A stretch of 64,000 bases of DNA from Candidatus Fermentibacterota bacterium (GTDB taxonomy: Bacteria > Fermentibacterota > Fermentibacteria > Fermentibacterales > JCC-6), in NCBI GenBank assembly GCA_963845085.1, contig CAWJQI010000005.1, positions 1 through 64,000 on the forward strand. Direction: 5' to 3'. The notes under the pieces are model-generated. The model was not told the origin of the DNA. It ran no database searches and saw nothing but the letters and a program-made list of their open reading frames with translations. Of the stretch, positions 27,309 through 37,283 are shown in pieces; positions within the stretch are counted from its first letter, which is position 1, and each line of letters opens with the position of its first letter. Both the position numbers and the translations under genes were made by a program.

Positions 27309-28859
27309 TCAACGACCGGGTGCCGCGGCCCAGGGATCCACCCGTTCGACGGCGGCAGTGTCAATCTCAACGCCAAGTTCATTCGTCAGGCTGTCAATGA
27401 ATGAAGCGAACGAGCTGCCGAAGCGGCTCCGGAAAAGGTCGCGTTCCACCAGCCCGAAAATGGAATCGATGGGAATGGTTTCGGGCTGCGCCACCTCGAG
27501 CACCTGGAAATAGGCTGCAAGCTCGCCTCCCGTTTCGACCGGGCCCTGGAAAGTGCCCGGCTCCGAAGAAAACACCATTTCTCCGAGAACCGATCCGAAC
27601 GCTTCGGAAGGCTGAAGCGGGGTGGGGACAAGGTTGCCGGAGGAGTCGGTCATGGACTGGTATTCCCCCAGATCGGAGAAGGAGGTTGCTCCCTCAAGCC
27701 CGGGCACCCGCTCGGAGGCAACGTAGACAAGAAGCACGCTCCTGCGCTCAGGGAGGGCGTAAAAGTCCTTCTCTGTCTCGTAGAAGGCAAGGACTTCGGC
27801 GCTGTCAGGCAATGCAGGGCGTATCACCCGCTCGCGGATCAGGGCTTCCGTTCTGGCGAAGTCGACCACGGCCTCGGGCACCTCGGCACCCTGTTCCCGG
27901 GCAATGTCAGCCATGGCAATTGTTCTGGATGTGGACATGACGACAAACCACATCGATGTGGCCGGGTCAGCCTGAGCATTGAACCTTGTGAACGCCGAGA
28001 GTTCGGGAGGAATGCTGTCGGGGAATGAGGACGGCGAAACCTGTTCGAGAATACGGGCCATCATGGCTGCGGTGAGAGTGCCGCCGCCCCAGGAAGCAAG
28101 CACGACGCTGCCGTCGTAGTCGGTGGGATAACCGGCGGCGAACGTGTTCACGGCCCGGGCGTCGATCGTTGTGTCGGTTATCCTGTCGATCTCCCAGCCG
28201 AAAAGCGACATGCCGGCGTTCTGGTCGGGAACCGCCTCTGCATCGGTCTTCTGAGACACTCCCACGAGCCAGCCCCCGTAAAGGGGCAGCACCTGAACGT
28301 CGGTGCTCGAAAGAAGCGGTACAAGGTTTGCAGGGAAATGCCACGCGGGGCTTGCCATGAGCCTGAAACTGCTGCCGGAACCGGCGCTCCAGGGGGCGAT
28401 CATGCTTCCGCCGGGATCGGCCGGTCCGCTTTCCCGCCAGGAATTGGCTGTCTCCAAAGCGGCAGCGCTGTCGGCCAGGAGAACCAGGTGCACGGCGTAA
28501 ACCGATGAGTCAAGACCGGCAAGGACGGGCTGGGGGTCGAAATCCATCGCCATGCTGCGGGTCAGGGAATCGGAAAGCCAGGCCGAGGAGTACAGCTCCA
28601 CCCAGAAATCGGAATCGGCTGCCGGCGAGGCGTTGCACTCTGCAAGGAGAAGCCTCTTGGTTGCGATGCTCGTGACCAGTGCCATTCTGCCGCCGGGTTC
28701 GAGTACGGCAACCTGCCTGTCCGGGGAAAGGCCGCTGAACGCAGCAAGAAATTCGTCGACCGTTATGGGTTCGCCGGCAACGGTTCCGAGTTCGTCCGGA
28801 GAACCGCCGCACGAGATGAACAGAACGGAAAGAACGCAGAACACAGAAATCCTACTCAA
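27309..28859 (-). CDS. Degenerate parvulin/SurA-like lipoprotein
   Basis: TTG start overlapping the mfd stop; lipobox-like LFISC; GTVAGEPITVDEF; FYETEKDFYALPERR; GTFQGPVET. Confidence 0.6.
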   Translation of the reverse strand: MSRISVFCVLSVLFISCGGSPDELGTVAGEPITVDEFLAAFSGLSPDRQVAVLEPGGRMALVTSIATKRLLLAECNASPAADSDFWVELYSSAWLSDSLTRSMAMDFDPQPVLAGLDSSVYAVHLVLLADSAAALETANSWRESGPADPGGSMIAPWSAGSGSSFRLMASPAWHFPANLVPLLSSTDVQVLPLYGGWLVGVSQKTDAEAVPDQNAGMSLFGWEIDRITDTTIDARAVNTFAAGYPTDYDGSVVLASWGGGTLTAAMMARILEQVSPSSFPDSIPPELSAFTRFNAQADPATSMWFVVMSTSRTIAMADIAREQGAEVPEAVVDFARTEALIRERVIRPALPDSAEVLAFYETEKDFYALPERRSVLLVYVASERVPGLEGATSFSDLGEYQSMTDSSGNLVPTPLQPSEAFGSVLGEMVFSSEPGTFQGPVETGGELAAYFQVLEVAQPETIPIDSIFGLVERDLFRSRFGSSFASFIDSLTNELGVEIDTAAVERVDPWAAAPGR

Positions 28860-31800
28860 GAATGCCTTCCTCTCCTGACCTTGCCGCCATGTAATCCCTG
28901 AATATACGCAAAACCGCGAGAAGAGTTTCCCTTTCCTCCGCATCGAAAGAGCCCCGCGTGCGCCGGTGGAGCACCAGTCTCCCCGTGGACTCGGTCGAAG
29001 CCACCCACCCCTGTCCGGCGAGCGACTGGGCCTTTTCCCTCCTTGGCGACATTCCGACAGCGAACACCAGCCTGACGACCGCAGAGGAAGCCACAACTTC
29101 CTCCAGGCCGGCGTTCCGCGCCAGCAGATGGATCAGCGATCGCTCGGCGACGCCCGCCACCGGATCGGGAATCTCACCGAAACGGTCCTGTATGTAGCTC
29201 TGCCACTCCTGAACGGTTTCCTCGCTGGCCGCGCGCCAGACCCACCGGTACAGGTTCACCCTTTCGGAAGTGTCGGGCATGTATTCCTCGGGAATGTACG
29301 CCCTGCCGGGGATCTCAACCCTGACCGACCTCGCGGTTGAGGGCATCTCCCCCTTGAGCTCCTGTATCTCCCTTGAGAGCAGTTCCTCGAACAACCCGTA
29401 CCCCACTGAATCGATGTGACCGTGCTGTCCGGCGCCGAGAAGTTCACCGCCGCCCCTGATCTCAAGGTCCCTCATCGCCACATGCCAGCCCGAACCCAAC
29501 TGCGTGTAACGCTGAACGGCCTCGAGCCTTCCCCTGCTCTCCGGTTTCAGTTTGGCCTTGCCCCCCGGGGTCAGAAGGTAGCAGTAAGCCTGATGGTGGC
29601 TTCTGCCGACCCTCCCCCTGAGCTGGTACAACTCCGCAAGGCCGAATGTGTGTGCGTTGTCGATGAACATCGTGTTGACCCTGGGAAGGTCGAGGCCGCT
29701 CTCGATGATCGATGTGCAGAGCAGGATGCGGTACTGCCCCTCGATGAAGGAGTGCATGACCTCCTCGAGCTGAGAGGGCGGCATCTGACCGTGGCCCACA
29801 ATCACGTCGGCGTCAACGATGGATTCCAGCCGTTCCCTCACCCTCTCGAGCGACTGCACTCTGTTGTGGACGAAGAAGATCTGCCCATCCCTCTCCAGCT
29901 CCCTGTCCACGGCCCTCCGAATGATCGCCTCATCCCAGGGAATGATCTCGGTCTGGATGGGATACCTGTCGCGGGGGGGCGTCGTGATGAGGCTGATGCC
30001 CCTGAAGCCCGACAGTGACATGTGCAGCGTGCGGGGAATTGGCGTGGCGGTCATCGAGAGCGTGTCGACCGTGGATCTGATCTCCCTCAGGTACTCCTTC
30101 TGGCGAACCCCGAAACGATGCTCCTCATCGATGATCAACAGCCCCAGATCGTTGAAGCGAACATCCTTCTGAAGCAGACGGTGGGTGCCGACAACTATGC
30201 CCACCCTGCCCTCTGCAAGGCCCCGCAGCACGGTCCTCTGTTCGGAGGGGTTCTGGAACCTGCTGAGAAGGCAGACGGTGACAGGGAACTCGGCCGTTCT
30301 GTCTCGAAAGGTGTTGTAGTGCTGCTCGGCAAGGATCGTGGTGGGAACAAGGACGGCAACCTGCCTGCCCGTCTCTGCCACCCTGAATGCAGCCCTCACC
30401 GCAACCTCGGTTTTTCCGAAGCCCACATCACCGCAGACAAGCCTGTCCATCGGGACCGGTATGTCGAAGTCGTTCAGCACCGAGGCGATCGTGCGGGACT
30501 GGTCGGGGGTTTCCTCGTAGGGAAAGCTTTCAACAAGCGACTGCATGTGCCTGCCCGGAGGCGGAAACACAGGCCTGCTCCTGGCTTTTCTCTCGGCGTA
30601 GAGCATCGCGAGCCTGCCTGCGATCTCGCCCGCCCTTTTCTTCGCCCTTACCAGCCTGCCCTGCCAGACCTGGCTGCCTATCCTGTCCAGTGCGGGCTCG
30701 GCGCCTCCGGGCGAGAGGTATTTCCTGACCTTGCCTATCTCATGAAGCGGAACCAGCAACTGGTCCCCGCCCTCGTACTCCATTTCGAGGCAATCCCATG
30801 AGCCGTCTCCGGTCTCGATCCGCTTGATCCCGAGAAAGCGGCCGATGCCGTGGGCTTCGTGAACGACGAACGAGCCAGGTGTGAATTCGTCCCAGTCCGA
30901 GACCACCTGCCCGCCCCTGAACTTCCTTATCCTGTCCGGCCTTCTCCTGCGGCTCAGGAGACCCCTTTCAACAAGGAATACGATCGGACCCACAGGCGTC
31001 TGCGGGGCAATGAAGCCGTCGGAAAGCGAGGCAACCGCGATGTTCACCCATTCCCTTACATCCTCGGGCAGCAGTTCCCCAATGGTTTCAGCCTCGGCCC
31101 TGGTATCGCAGGCGATGAGAATACGGTAGCCTTCAGCAAGCCAGCTTCTGAACTGCCTGGCCATTTCATCGGCATGGCCGGCGAAGCCCGAAACGGGGGC
31201 TGTCGGCATTGAGAAATCGCAATCCTCGGTGGGAACGGCAACATGAGTGAGAAGCTGCCCCGCCCCCGCCATCCCGGCGCTCAGTTCCTCCCAGGAGGTG
31301 TACAGGTCGGTGAAGGAAAAGGGCAGTTCCGCGGGGAAGGATGCAGCCCGCGACTCAAGGGTGGATTGCACGGCAGCCTCGAGGCTTTCCGGCTCAACGA
31401 GCACCAGGGTTCCGATCGATGGCAGGTAGGAGAGCAGGGTTCCGGTGCTTTCATTGAATAGCGGGACATAGTGCTCGATGCCCGGAAAGTCGCAGCTTCC
31501 GGAAAACTGCTCTTCAAGCGGATGGCCCTGTGGAATGAGGTCAAGCGCCCTGTTCCAGTGCCCCGGAGTCAGGAAAAGCTCCCGGGCGGGAATGACGACA
31601 ACCTCCCTCATGCTTCTGACACTGCGCTGCGACTGCGGATCGAACAGCCTGAGCGACTCGACCTGATCGTCGCTGAACTCTATCCTCACAGGATTGGAAA
31701 GGCCGTACGACCCCACATCGATCACTCCGCCACGCCGGGACCACCGGCCCTGCTCGAAAACCCCGGTCTCACGGCGATATCCTGCAGCGAGGAGCCAGTC

Positions 31801-32262
31801 GCCGAGAAACTCGGGACAGAGGCGCATCCCCTCATGTATCCTCATGAAGGGAAACTCGGAAGGCGGGGGAAGCCTTTTGACGAGGGCCGCCGCCGATGCA
31901 ACAACAAGTGTCGAGGAATCGCCCCTCAACAGGCCCGCCATGCATTCCACCCTGTCGGCGATCACACCCTGATGCGCCTCTTCGGAGTGGAAGGGCAGCG
32001 TCTCGTACGCGGGGAAAAACAGAACGGGGTCGGCAAGAAGTGCAGCCAGATCATCCCTGATCGTCTCGGCCTCCCTCGTGCCGGGAACGACGACCATGGT
32101 TGGACCGGCAAGCCTGTGCGCCGAAGCTATCGCAAGGGGAAGGGCCGCGCCTCCAAGACCGCCCATGGTTACGCGACCGCCTTCTCTTGACGAGAGCCTG
32201 TCGAGAAGGGGAGCGAATACCGCGTCCCAGAACTGCTCGTCGCGGATCAGTGGACTATCCAC
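28852..32262 (-). CDS. mfd: Transcription-repair coupling factor
   Basis: FPYEETPDQ, MDRLVCGDVGFGKTE, IIDEEHRFGV, TATPIPRTL, QLRGRVGRS, RDLEIRGGG. Confidence 0.97.
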   Translation of the reverse strand: MDSPLIRDEQFWDAVFAPLLDRLSSREGGRVTMGGLGGAALPLAIASAHRLAGPTMVVVPGTREAETIRDDLAALLADPVLFFPAYETLPFHSEEAHQGVIADRVECMAGLLRGDSSTLVVASAAALVKRLPPPSEFPFMRIHEGMRLCPEFLGDWLLAAGYRRETGVFEQGRWSRRGGVIDVGSYGLSNPVRIEFSDDQVESLRLFDPQSQRSVRSMREVVVIPARELFLTPGHWNRALDLIPQGHPLEEQFSGSCDFPGIEHYVPLFNESTGTLLSYLPSIGTLVLVEPESLEAAVQSTLESRAASFPAELPFSFTDLYTSWEELSAGMAGAGQLLTHVAVPTEDCDFSMPTAPVSGFAGHADEMARQFRSWLAEGYRILIACDTRAEAETIGELLPEDVREWVNIAVASLSDGFIAPQTPVGPIVFLVERGLLSRRRRPDRIRKFRGGQVVSDWDEFTPGSFVVHEAHGIGRFLGIKRIETGDGSWDCLEMEYEGGDQLLVPLHEIGKVRKYLSPGGAEPALDRIGSQVWQGRLVRAKKRAGEIAGRLAMLYAERKARSRPVFPPPGRHMQSLVESFPYEETPDQSRTIASVLNDFDIPVPMDRLVCGDVGFGKTEVAVRAAFRVAETGRQVAVLVPTTILAEQHYNTFRDRTAEFPVTVCLLSRFQNPSEQRTVLRGLAEGRVGIVVGTHRLLQKDVRFNDLGLLIIDEEHRFGVRQKEYLREIRSTVDTLSMTATPIPRTLHMSLSGFRGISLITTPPRDRYPIQTEIIPWDEAIIRRAVDRELERDGQIFFVHNRVQSLERVRERLESIVDADVIVGHGQMPPSQLEEVMHSFIEGQYRILLCTSIIESGLDLPRVNTMFIDNAHTFGLAELYQLRGRVGRSHHQAYCYLLTPGGKAKLKPESRGRLEAVQRYTQLGSGWHVAMRDLEIRGGGELLGAGQHGHIDSVGYGLFEELLSREIQELKGEMPSTARSVRVEIPGRAYIPEEYMPDTSERVNLYRWVWRAASEETVQEWQSYIQDRFGEIPDPVAGVAERSLIHLLARNAGLEEVVASSAVVRLVFAVGMSPRREKAQSLAGQGWVASTESTGRLVLHRRTRGSFDAEERETLLAVLRIFRDYMAARSGEEGILE

Positions 32263-33424
32263 GGCGGAAGAGGCGTTTCAGAAAGCCGATCACGCCCTTT
32301 CGGGATTCACGGCCCTTCGACCCTTCGCCTCCCATGAGAGCCCGCAGGATTGCTTCCGGGTCGATGGCGCCCGCCACCATTTCGATGATGGCCGATATTT
32401 TCCCGCTCTCCTCCGGCTCTATCTTGAAGAGGCTGCGGGAAAGCCTCGCAGCAGATCCCTCGAGGGTCGTGCGGGTGCAGAACAGGGGTATCCCCGCGGT
32501 CAGACAGGCTGACTGCCGGCGAAGGTCAGGCTCGCCGCCGCAAACGATGACAGCGGAGGGGCATGCCCCCCCTGAAATCCTCGAGACAATTACGGCATCG
32601 ATGACATCAGGCCTTGTATTGCTCACCAGCATGGCTTTTCCGGCATCCTGAGCAACCCTCTTGAGTACTTCCTCGGATGAATCAAAGGCTGTTATGAAGC
32701 CGGCGCCCCCGGTGTCTTTCGCTTCGCCGGAGCCGTTGAGGGAAAGCGCGCCGATCTCCCTTGCCAGTGTCGCAACGGAAGGACGGGCGATCCGTTCCTC
32801 GAACGGGAGGATGCCGAAAATGGGAACCCCTTTCGAAGCGAACCACAACCTGAGCACGGGAGCGACCGAATCCATCTTCTCCGGTTGCACACGGTTGATC
32901 ACAACGCCGAGAAGCGGCACCCCCTGCGCCTTGAAAACGGCCTGGCACAGGCAGAAGCTGTCTATCGTGCTGCCCACGCCACCGTCGAGAACGAGAATGA
33001 CAGGAATCTCGAGAAGTGATGCAACCCTGGCGTTGCCGAGTTCGAACACGGACCCCACTCCCGGATGCCCGGTGCCCTCAACGAGCACGAGGCCGCTGCT
33101 CCTCCGGTGTTCCCTGTATGATCGCCTGACGGCGTCGGGCAATCCGCGGGGTTCGCCGGTTCTGACGAACCTTTCCGCTGCGCCCCGTGAGGCGAGCACC
33201 GGCGTAGACTCGCCCTGTGCGATCGGGAGCCCCAGCGCCCTTGAGATGAACCATGAATCCTGCCCGACCGAAACGCCGTCGATCACCGTGATCTTCTGTC
33301 CGAGCGGTTTGAAGAAGGAGACGCCGCCCTCGATCAGCGGGCCGAGGGCGCGAGCCAGACCGAGGCACAGCGTTGTTTTGCCGGCGTCCTTGCCGGAGCC
33401 CGCTATGAAGAGCCCGCCGCTCAT
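32255..33424 (-). CDS. BioD-like (AAA_26) phosphotransacetylase N-terminal/DRTGG-type protein
   Basis: GSGKDAGKTT, FFKPLGQ, VEGTGHPGVGSV, GVVINRV. Confidence 0.8.
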   Translation of the reverse strand: MSGGLFIAGSGKDAGKTTLCLGLARALGPLIEGGVSFFKPLGQKITVIDGVSVGQDSWFISRALGLPIAQGESTPVLASRGAAERFVRTGEPRGLPDAVRRSYREHRRSSGLVLVEGTGHPGVGSVFELGNARVASLLEIPVILVLDGGVGSTIDSFCLCQAVFKAQGVPLLGVVINRVQPEKMDSVAPVLRLWFASKGVPIFGILPFEERIARPSVATLAREIGALSLNGSGEAKDTGGAGFITAFDSSEEVLKRVAQDAGKAMLVSNTRPDVIDAVIVSRISGGACPSAVIVCGGEPDLRRQSACLTAGIPLFCTRTTLEGSAARLSRSLFKIEPEESGKISAIIEMVAGAIDPEAILRALMGGEGSKGRESRKGVIGFLKRLFRRG

Positions 33425-34821
33425 GTCTCACCCTGCCGGGGCGAGGCTCCCTCCGAGGCTGGCACAGGAAGCGGAGAGCCGTTCAGAAGAGCCCACGCCG
33501 ACTCAAGAACGGGAAGCTGTTCAACAAACGCTTCAAGCTCCTCACCTTCAAGCGGATCGGAGGGCGGTACTATCTCGTCGGCAGGATTGACCTGCGTGCC
33601 GTTTCGGATCATTTCGAAATGTACGTGCGGTCCCGTCGAAAGCCCCGTCGAGCCGACGTACCCGATGATCTCGCCCTGGCGGACGTGCGTTCCGACGGAC
33701 TGACCCGAGGCGAACCCGTTCATGTGCCCGTACGCGGTCTCATACCCGTTGGCATGGCGGATCTTCACGAAGTTGCCGTAGCCGCCCTGCCACTGCCTTA
33801 TCGTTATTACACCGTCTCCCACCGCGTAGATCTCGGTTCCCAGCGGCGCTGCGTAATCCGTCCCCCTGTGGGCCCTTGTGTAGCCGAGCACCGGGTGGAG
33901 CCTGGCGCTCGAAAACGGTGAACTTATCCTTCCGTACGGAACAGGCATCTTGAGGAACATCGTGCGCAGTGAGGCGCCGTCCCGGTGGAAGTGGTCAAGG
34001 TATGCAACGGTTTCGCCCTCAGGGAAACGGTAGAAGGGCAGTGCTTCAGCCAGTCCGCCCGCAGCGAATCGGTATTTCGCACCCAGAATGCGGAGGAAGC
34101 CTGATTCTCCATCCTCGGGGTATCTCGTTTCCTCGAGGAGGATCCAGAGGCTGTCACCCTCCCGCACGTCGTAATAGAAGTCGATGTCGTAGCAGAACAG
34201 CCTGTCCGTGAGCTCGTGCTGGAGCTCGGAGATGTATCCGACCGCCCTCGACGAGTCCCTCGAGTTCAGCAGCATGCCGGTGGGCGTGAGATCGGAGGGG
34301 ATGGCGGAATCCCAGAGGGCGCTCCAGACGGTGGACGTGATACGGCAGCTTATGGCCCTCGTCCTGACCCAGCTCTCCTGCGGGGCGTACTCCCACAGGC
34401 AGGGTGAACCGGCTGACCAGCAAATCCTGAAGAAGCCCCTCCTGGAGCGCGGATAAGCCCGGAGTTCCGCGATGTTCCCCCTGTGATAAACCGCAATGAT
34501 GGTATCGCCGGGCTGATGCACGGTCCAGCCCAGACTGTCGATGAGGAGCCCGCATACGCGGACATACTCGGAGCCCGCAAGACCGGCATCCCTCAGGGCT
34601 CCGCCAAGGAACCCATCCCCCACAACCCCGGTAAGCGTTTCGACAGTGTCGGCCAGAACCTGGAGAGCATGTTCCCGTTCTTCATCGAGTTCGGCCAGGT
34701 TATCGTGGAATGGCCAAGCCGCTTTCTCGCCACCGTCATTCCCCGGAATGGAAACCCAGGTGACGAAGCCGGCCAGAACAATGATCCCAACCGCTGCGAA
34801 GTTGCGCCTGCTTCTCTGCAA
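33421..34821 (-). CDS. M23-family peptidoglycan endopeptidase (MepM-like)
   Basis: HRGTDYAAP, GGYGNFVKIRH, YGHM, GSTGLSTGPHVHFE; N-terminal TM. Confidence 0.9.
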   Translation of the reverse strand: MQRSRRNFAAVGIIVLAGFVTWVSIPGNDGGEKAAWPFHDNLAELDEEREHALQVLADTVETLTGVVGDGFLGGALRDAGLAGSEYVRVCGLLIDSLGWTVHQPGDTIIAVYHRGNIAELRAYPRSRRGFFRICWSAGSPCLWEYAPQESWVRTRAISCRITSTVWSALWDSAIPSDLTPTGMLLNSRDSSRAVGYISELQHELTDRLFCYDIDFYYDVREGDSLWILLEETRYPEDGESGFLRILGAKYRFAAGGLAEALPFYRFPEGETVAYLDHFHRDGASLRTMFLKMPVPYGRISSPFSSARLHPVLGYTRAHRGTDYAAPLGTEIYAVGDGVITIRQWQGGYGNFVKIRHANGYETAYGHMNGFASGQSVGTHVRQGEIIGYVGSTGLSTGPHVHFEMIRNGTQVNPADEIVPPSDPLEGEELEAFVEQLPVLESAWALLNGSPLPVPASEGASPRQGET

Positions 34822-34833
34822 TTGTTCCTTCCG

Positions 34834-35454
34834 TCAGCTTCCTCCGGAGAAAAGCCTTTCCCCGTAGTCTCCCATCCCGGGACGGATGAACCAGTTTTCA
34901 TCCAGTTCCCTGTCGACATTGGCGGTGATGAGCGTGAGCTCGGAAAACTCCCTGAGCCTTGCGATGCCCTCGGGCGCCGCAATCACGCAGACCATGATTA
35001 TCGACTCGACTTTCCTCTCCATGAGGAACGACACCACTTCGGCAGCGGTCCCGCCGGTGGCGAGCATCGGGTCAAGCACGATCACGGTTCTTCCCGCAAC
35101 ATTCGGGATGAATTGGTACTGCCACTGCGCAATGCCTGTGGCCTCGTCCCTTCGCAGGGCGACGAACGCCACCGGCGAATCAGGGAGAAGGTCCATGAAG
35201 GGCTGCAGAAGCCCGAGACCCGCCCTGAGAACCGGAAGGAGAACGGGCGGCCGCTTCAGAACCTCGCCGAAGGTCAGCTCCAGGGGAGTATCGACCTCGA
35301 CGGGAACGGTTTGAAGGTTTCTTGTCGCCTCCACCGCAAGCATGGAGGCAAGCCTCTGGGTGTAGGCTCGGAACCGCGAGGGCGGGAAATCCTTGCAGCG
35401 CAGCCTTGTGACCAGGTCACGGGCGATGGGGTGCTCGAATTCGATAAGATCCAT
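34834..35454 (-). CDS. upp: Uracil phosphoribosyltransferase
   Basis: PVLRAGLG, RDEAT, LDPMLATGGT, AAPEGI, IRPGMGDYG. Confidence 0.95.
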   Translation of the reverse strand: MDLIEFEHPIARDLVTRLRCKDFPPSRFRAYTQRLASMLAVEATRNLQTVPVEVDTPLELTFGEVLKRPPVLLPVLRAGLGLLQPFMDLLPDSPVAFVALRRDEATGIAQWQYQFIPNVAGRTVIVLDPMLATGGTAAEVVSFLMERKVESIIMVCVIAAPEGIARLREFSELTLITANVDRELDENWFIRPGMGDYGERLFSGGS

Positions 35455-35481
35455 GAAATGGCCCTTCCCTGTGATTGTTTG

Positions 35482-35510
35482 TTGACAAGATACATCGAAC
35501 TTCTTACAGT
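35482..35510 (+). promoter_or_regulatory. Sigma70-like promoter of tyrS
   Basis: TTGACA-N17-TACAGT. Confidence 0.55.
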
Positions 35511-35547
35511 CGCCAGATGCGGTGCGAAAACCACGGAGGGCCGATGC

Positions 35548-36780
35548 ATGGAACTGCTTGAATCACTTGCTGAACGGGGTCTCGTCTATCAGATGACGGG
35601 CGTGAACAGCCTTCAGGGCTTTCTGCGGGAAAAGCCAAGGGTTTTCTACGTCGGGTTCGACGCCACAGCCGCAAGCCTGCATCTCGGCCACCTGGTTCCC
35701 CTCATGGCCGCTGCACACCTGCAGAGGGCCGGGCACAAACCTCTTATTCTCGTGGGGGGCGCCACCGCACTCGTCGGGGATCCTTCGGGGCGAAATTCCG
35801 AACGGACGCTTCTTGCCTCGAACGAGGTCGAGCAGAACTCGGTCGCACTGAAAACACAGATGATGCGCTTTCTGGATTTCGAACCGGGCGGCGCGGAACT
35901 GCTCGACAACTCGCAGTGGCTTCTGGGGCTGAACTACATCGATTTCCTCAGGGAAATAGGGAAACACTTCAGCGTGAACAGGATGCTTACAGCCGACAGC
36001 GTCAGGACAAGGCTTGAGACCGGCCTGAGCTTCCTCGAGTTCAACTACATGCTCCTGCAGAGTTACGATTTCCTCCACCTGTACAGAACGCGGGGATGCC
36101 TCCTGCAGCTGGGCGGAGCCGACCAGTGGGGGAATATCGTTGCAGGGGTGGATCTTGTCAGACGGGTTACGGGAGCGGAGGTTTTCGGCCTTACCTGCCC
36201 CCTGGTGACCACCTCCACCGGCGAAAAGATGAGCAAGTCGCAGCCGGGAGGTGCGGTATGGCTTGATCCGTCACTCACCTCTCCGTACGAGTACTACCAG
36301 TTCTGGATCAACACAGACGACAGGGACCTGGGCCGTTTTCTGAGGTTGTACACGTTTCTTGGAATTGAACGGATCAGGGAGCTCGAATCGGCGGTGGGGG
36401 CCGATGTACGTTCAGGGAAAGAGGTTCTGGCATTCGAAGCCACGGCGATAGCCCACGGGATCCCGGAGGCCGATGCCGCCCGGAATGCCAGCAGAGCGTT
36501 ATTCCAGGGAGAGGGCAATTCCGGGACCGCACCCGCCCTGACGGTCGGCAGCGAGGCTGTCGCCGGGGGACTGACCCTCCTTGACCTGTTCATGATGGCC
36601 GGACTTGCGGCCTCCCGTGGTGAGATCAGGCGGCTCGCCGATCAGGGCGGCCTTTATGCTGGCGGAGAAAGGGTCACGGATCCCTTGAAACCCGTGACCC
36701 TTGAATCCGTGCAAGGCGATGGCCTTCTTCTCAGATACGGAAAAAAGCGCTACTGCAGGGTACTTCTGGAAAAGGGCTGA
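35548..36780 (+). CDS. tyrS: Tyrosine--tRNA ligase
   Basis: YVGFDATAASLHLGH, GDPSGR, QLGGADQWGN, KMSKS, C-terminal S4 domain. ATG at 35548 after GGAGG. Confidence 0.97.
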   Translation: MELLESLAERGLVYQMTGVNSLQGFLREKPRVFYVGFDATAASLHLGHLVPLMAAAHLQRAGHKPLILVGGATALVGDPSGRNSERTLLASNEVEQNSVALKTQMMRFLDFEPGGAELLDNSQWLLGLNYIDFLREIGKHFSVNRMLTADSVRTRLETGLSFLEFNYMLLQSYDFLHLYRTRGCLLQLGGADQWGNIVAGVDLVRRVTGAEVFGLTCPLVTTSTGEKMSKSQPGGAVWLDPSLTSPYEYYQFWINTDDRDLGRFLRLYTFLGIERIRELESAVGADVRSGKEVLAFEATAIAHGIPEADAARNASRALFQGEGNSGTAPALTVGSEAVAGGLTLLDLFMMAGLAASRGEIRRLADQGGLYAGGERVTDPLKPVTLESVQGDGLLLRYGKKRYCRVLLEKG

Positions 36781-37283
36781 AACCCTTTTACCTTCCGCCG
36801 CCCGTGGTGCCGCCGGTTGTGCCGCCCCTGCCGCCGCTCGATCCCGGATGTGCTGCCCCGTCCGCTTGAACCACTGCTGCCGGATGAGCCCGATGACCTG
36901 TTCTCGAGGGTCGTGATCCTTGAGGAAAGCGTTTCGATGCGATCCTCGAGGCTTTCGATAACCTCGGTGAGGCTGTCGACCTCGGCCTGGCCGTTTTCCA
37001 TCACCGTCTCGACGCTGGCCTTCACCGAATCAACACTCGAGGTGATGTCAAGGATGATCTCGTCGAAATCGGGAAGCCCCATCCCGCCGGTTTCGGGGAT
37101 CTCGATCCGGCCCAGCTGGTCCTCGATCTCGGAAAGCCTGTCATCGAGGTCCTCGCCTTCGGACGCGAGCTCGGTGACCTGGCCGGATACCGCTGTAACC
37201 TTGTCTTCCACTTCCTTCACCCCGGGCACCTGACAGGCTGTGAAGACAAGAACCAGAACAGCAACAGCAAGACAATGCTTCAT
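36750..37283 (-). CDS. Coiled-coil lipoprotein with Gly/Ser/Thr-rich tail (probable frameshift near 36844; likely true stop 36788)
   Basis: Lipobox VFTAC, acidic heptads, (SSG)n tail. Confidence 0.7.
   Translation of the reverse strand: MKHCLAVAVLVLVFTACQVPGVKEVEDKVTAVSGQVTELASEGEDLDDRLSEIEDQLGRIEIPETGGMGLPDFDEIILDITSSVDSVKASVETVMENGQAEVDSLTEVIESLEDRIETLSSRITTLENRSSGSSGSSGSSGRGSTSGIERRQGRHNRRHHGRRKVKGFQPFSRSTLQ

Noticed and set aside
28860..29096. Upstream extensions of ORFs 27309-29096, 47756-50158 and 37280-37993
   Set aside because: Each overlaps the preceding gene out of frame; coupled starts at 28859, 49990 and 37831 fit better.
34483..35547. 355-aa N-terminal extension on TyrS
   Set aside because: Antisense shadow of upp and the M23 gene; a promoter and RBS support a start at 35548.
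35455..35547. T-box leader for tyrS
   Set aside because: The intergenic region is under 100 bp and has no T-box motif.
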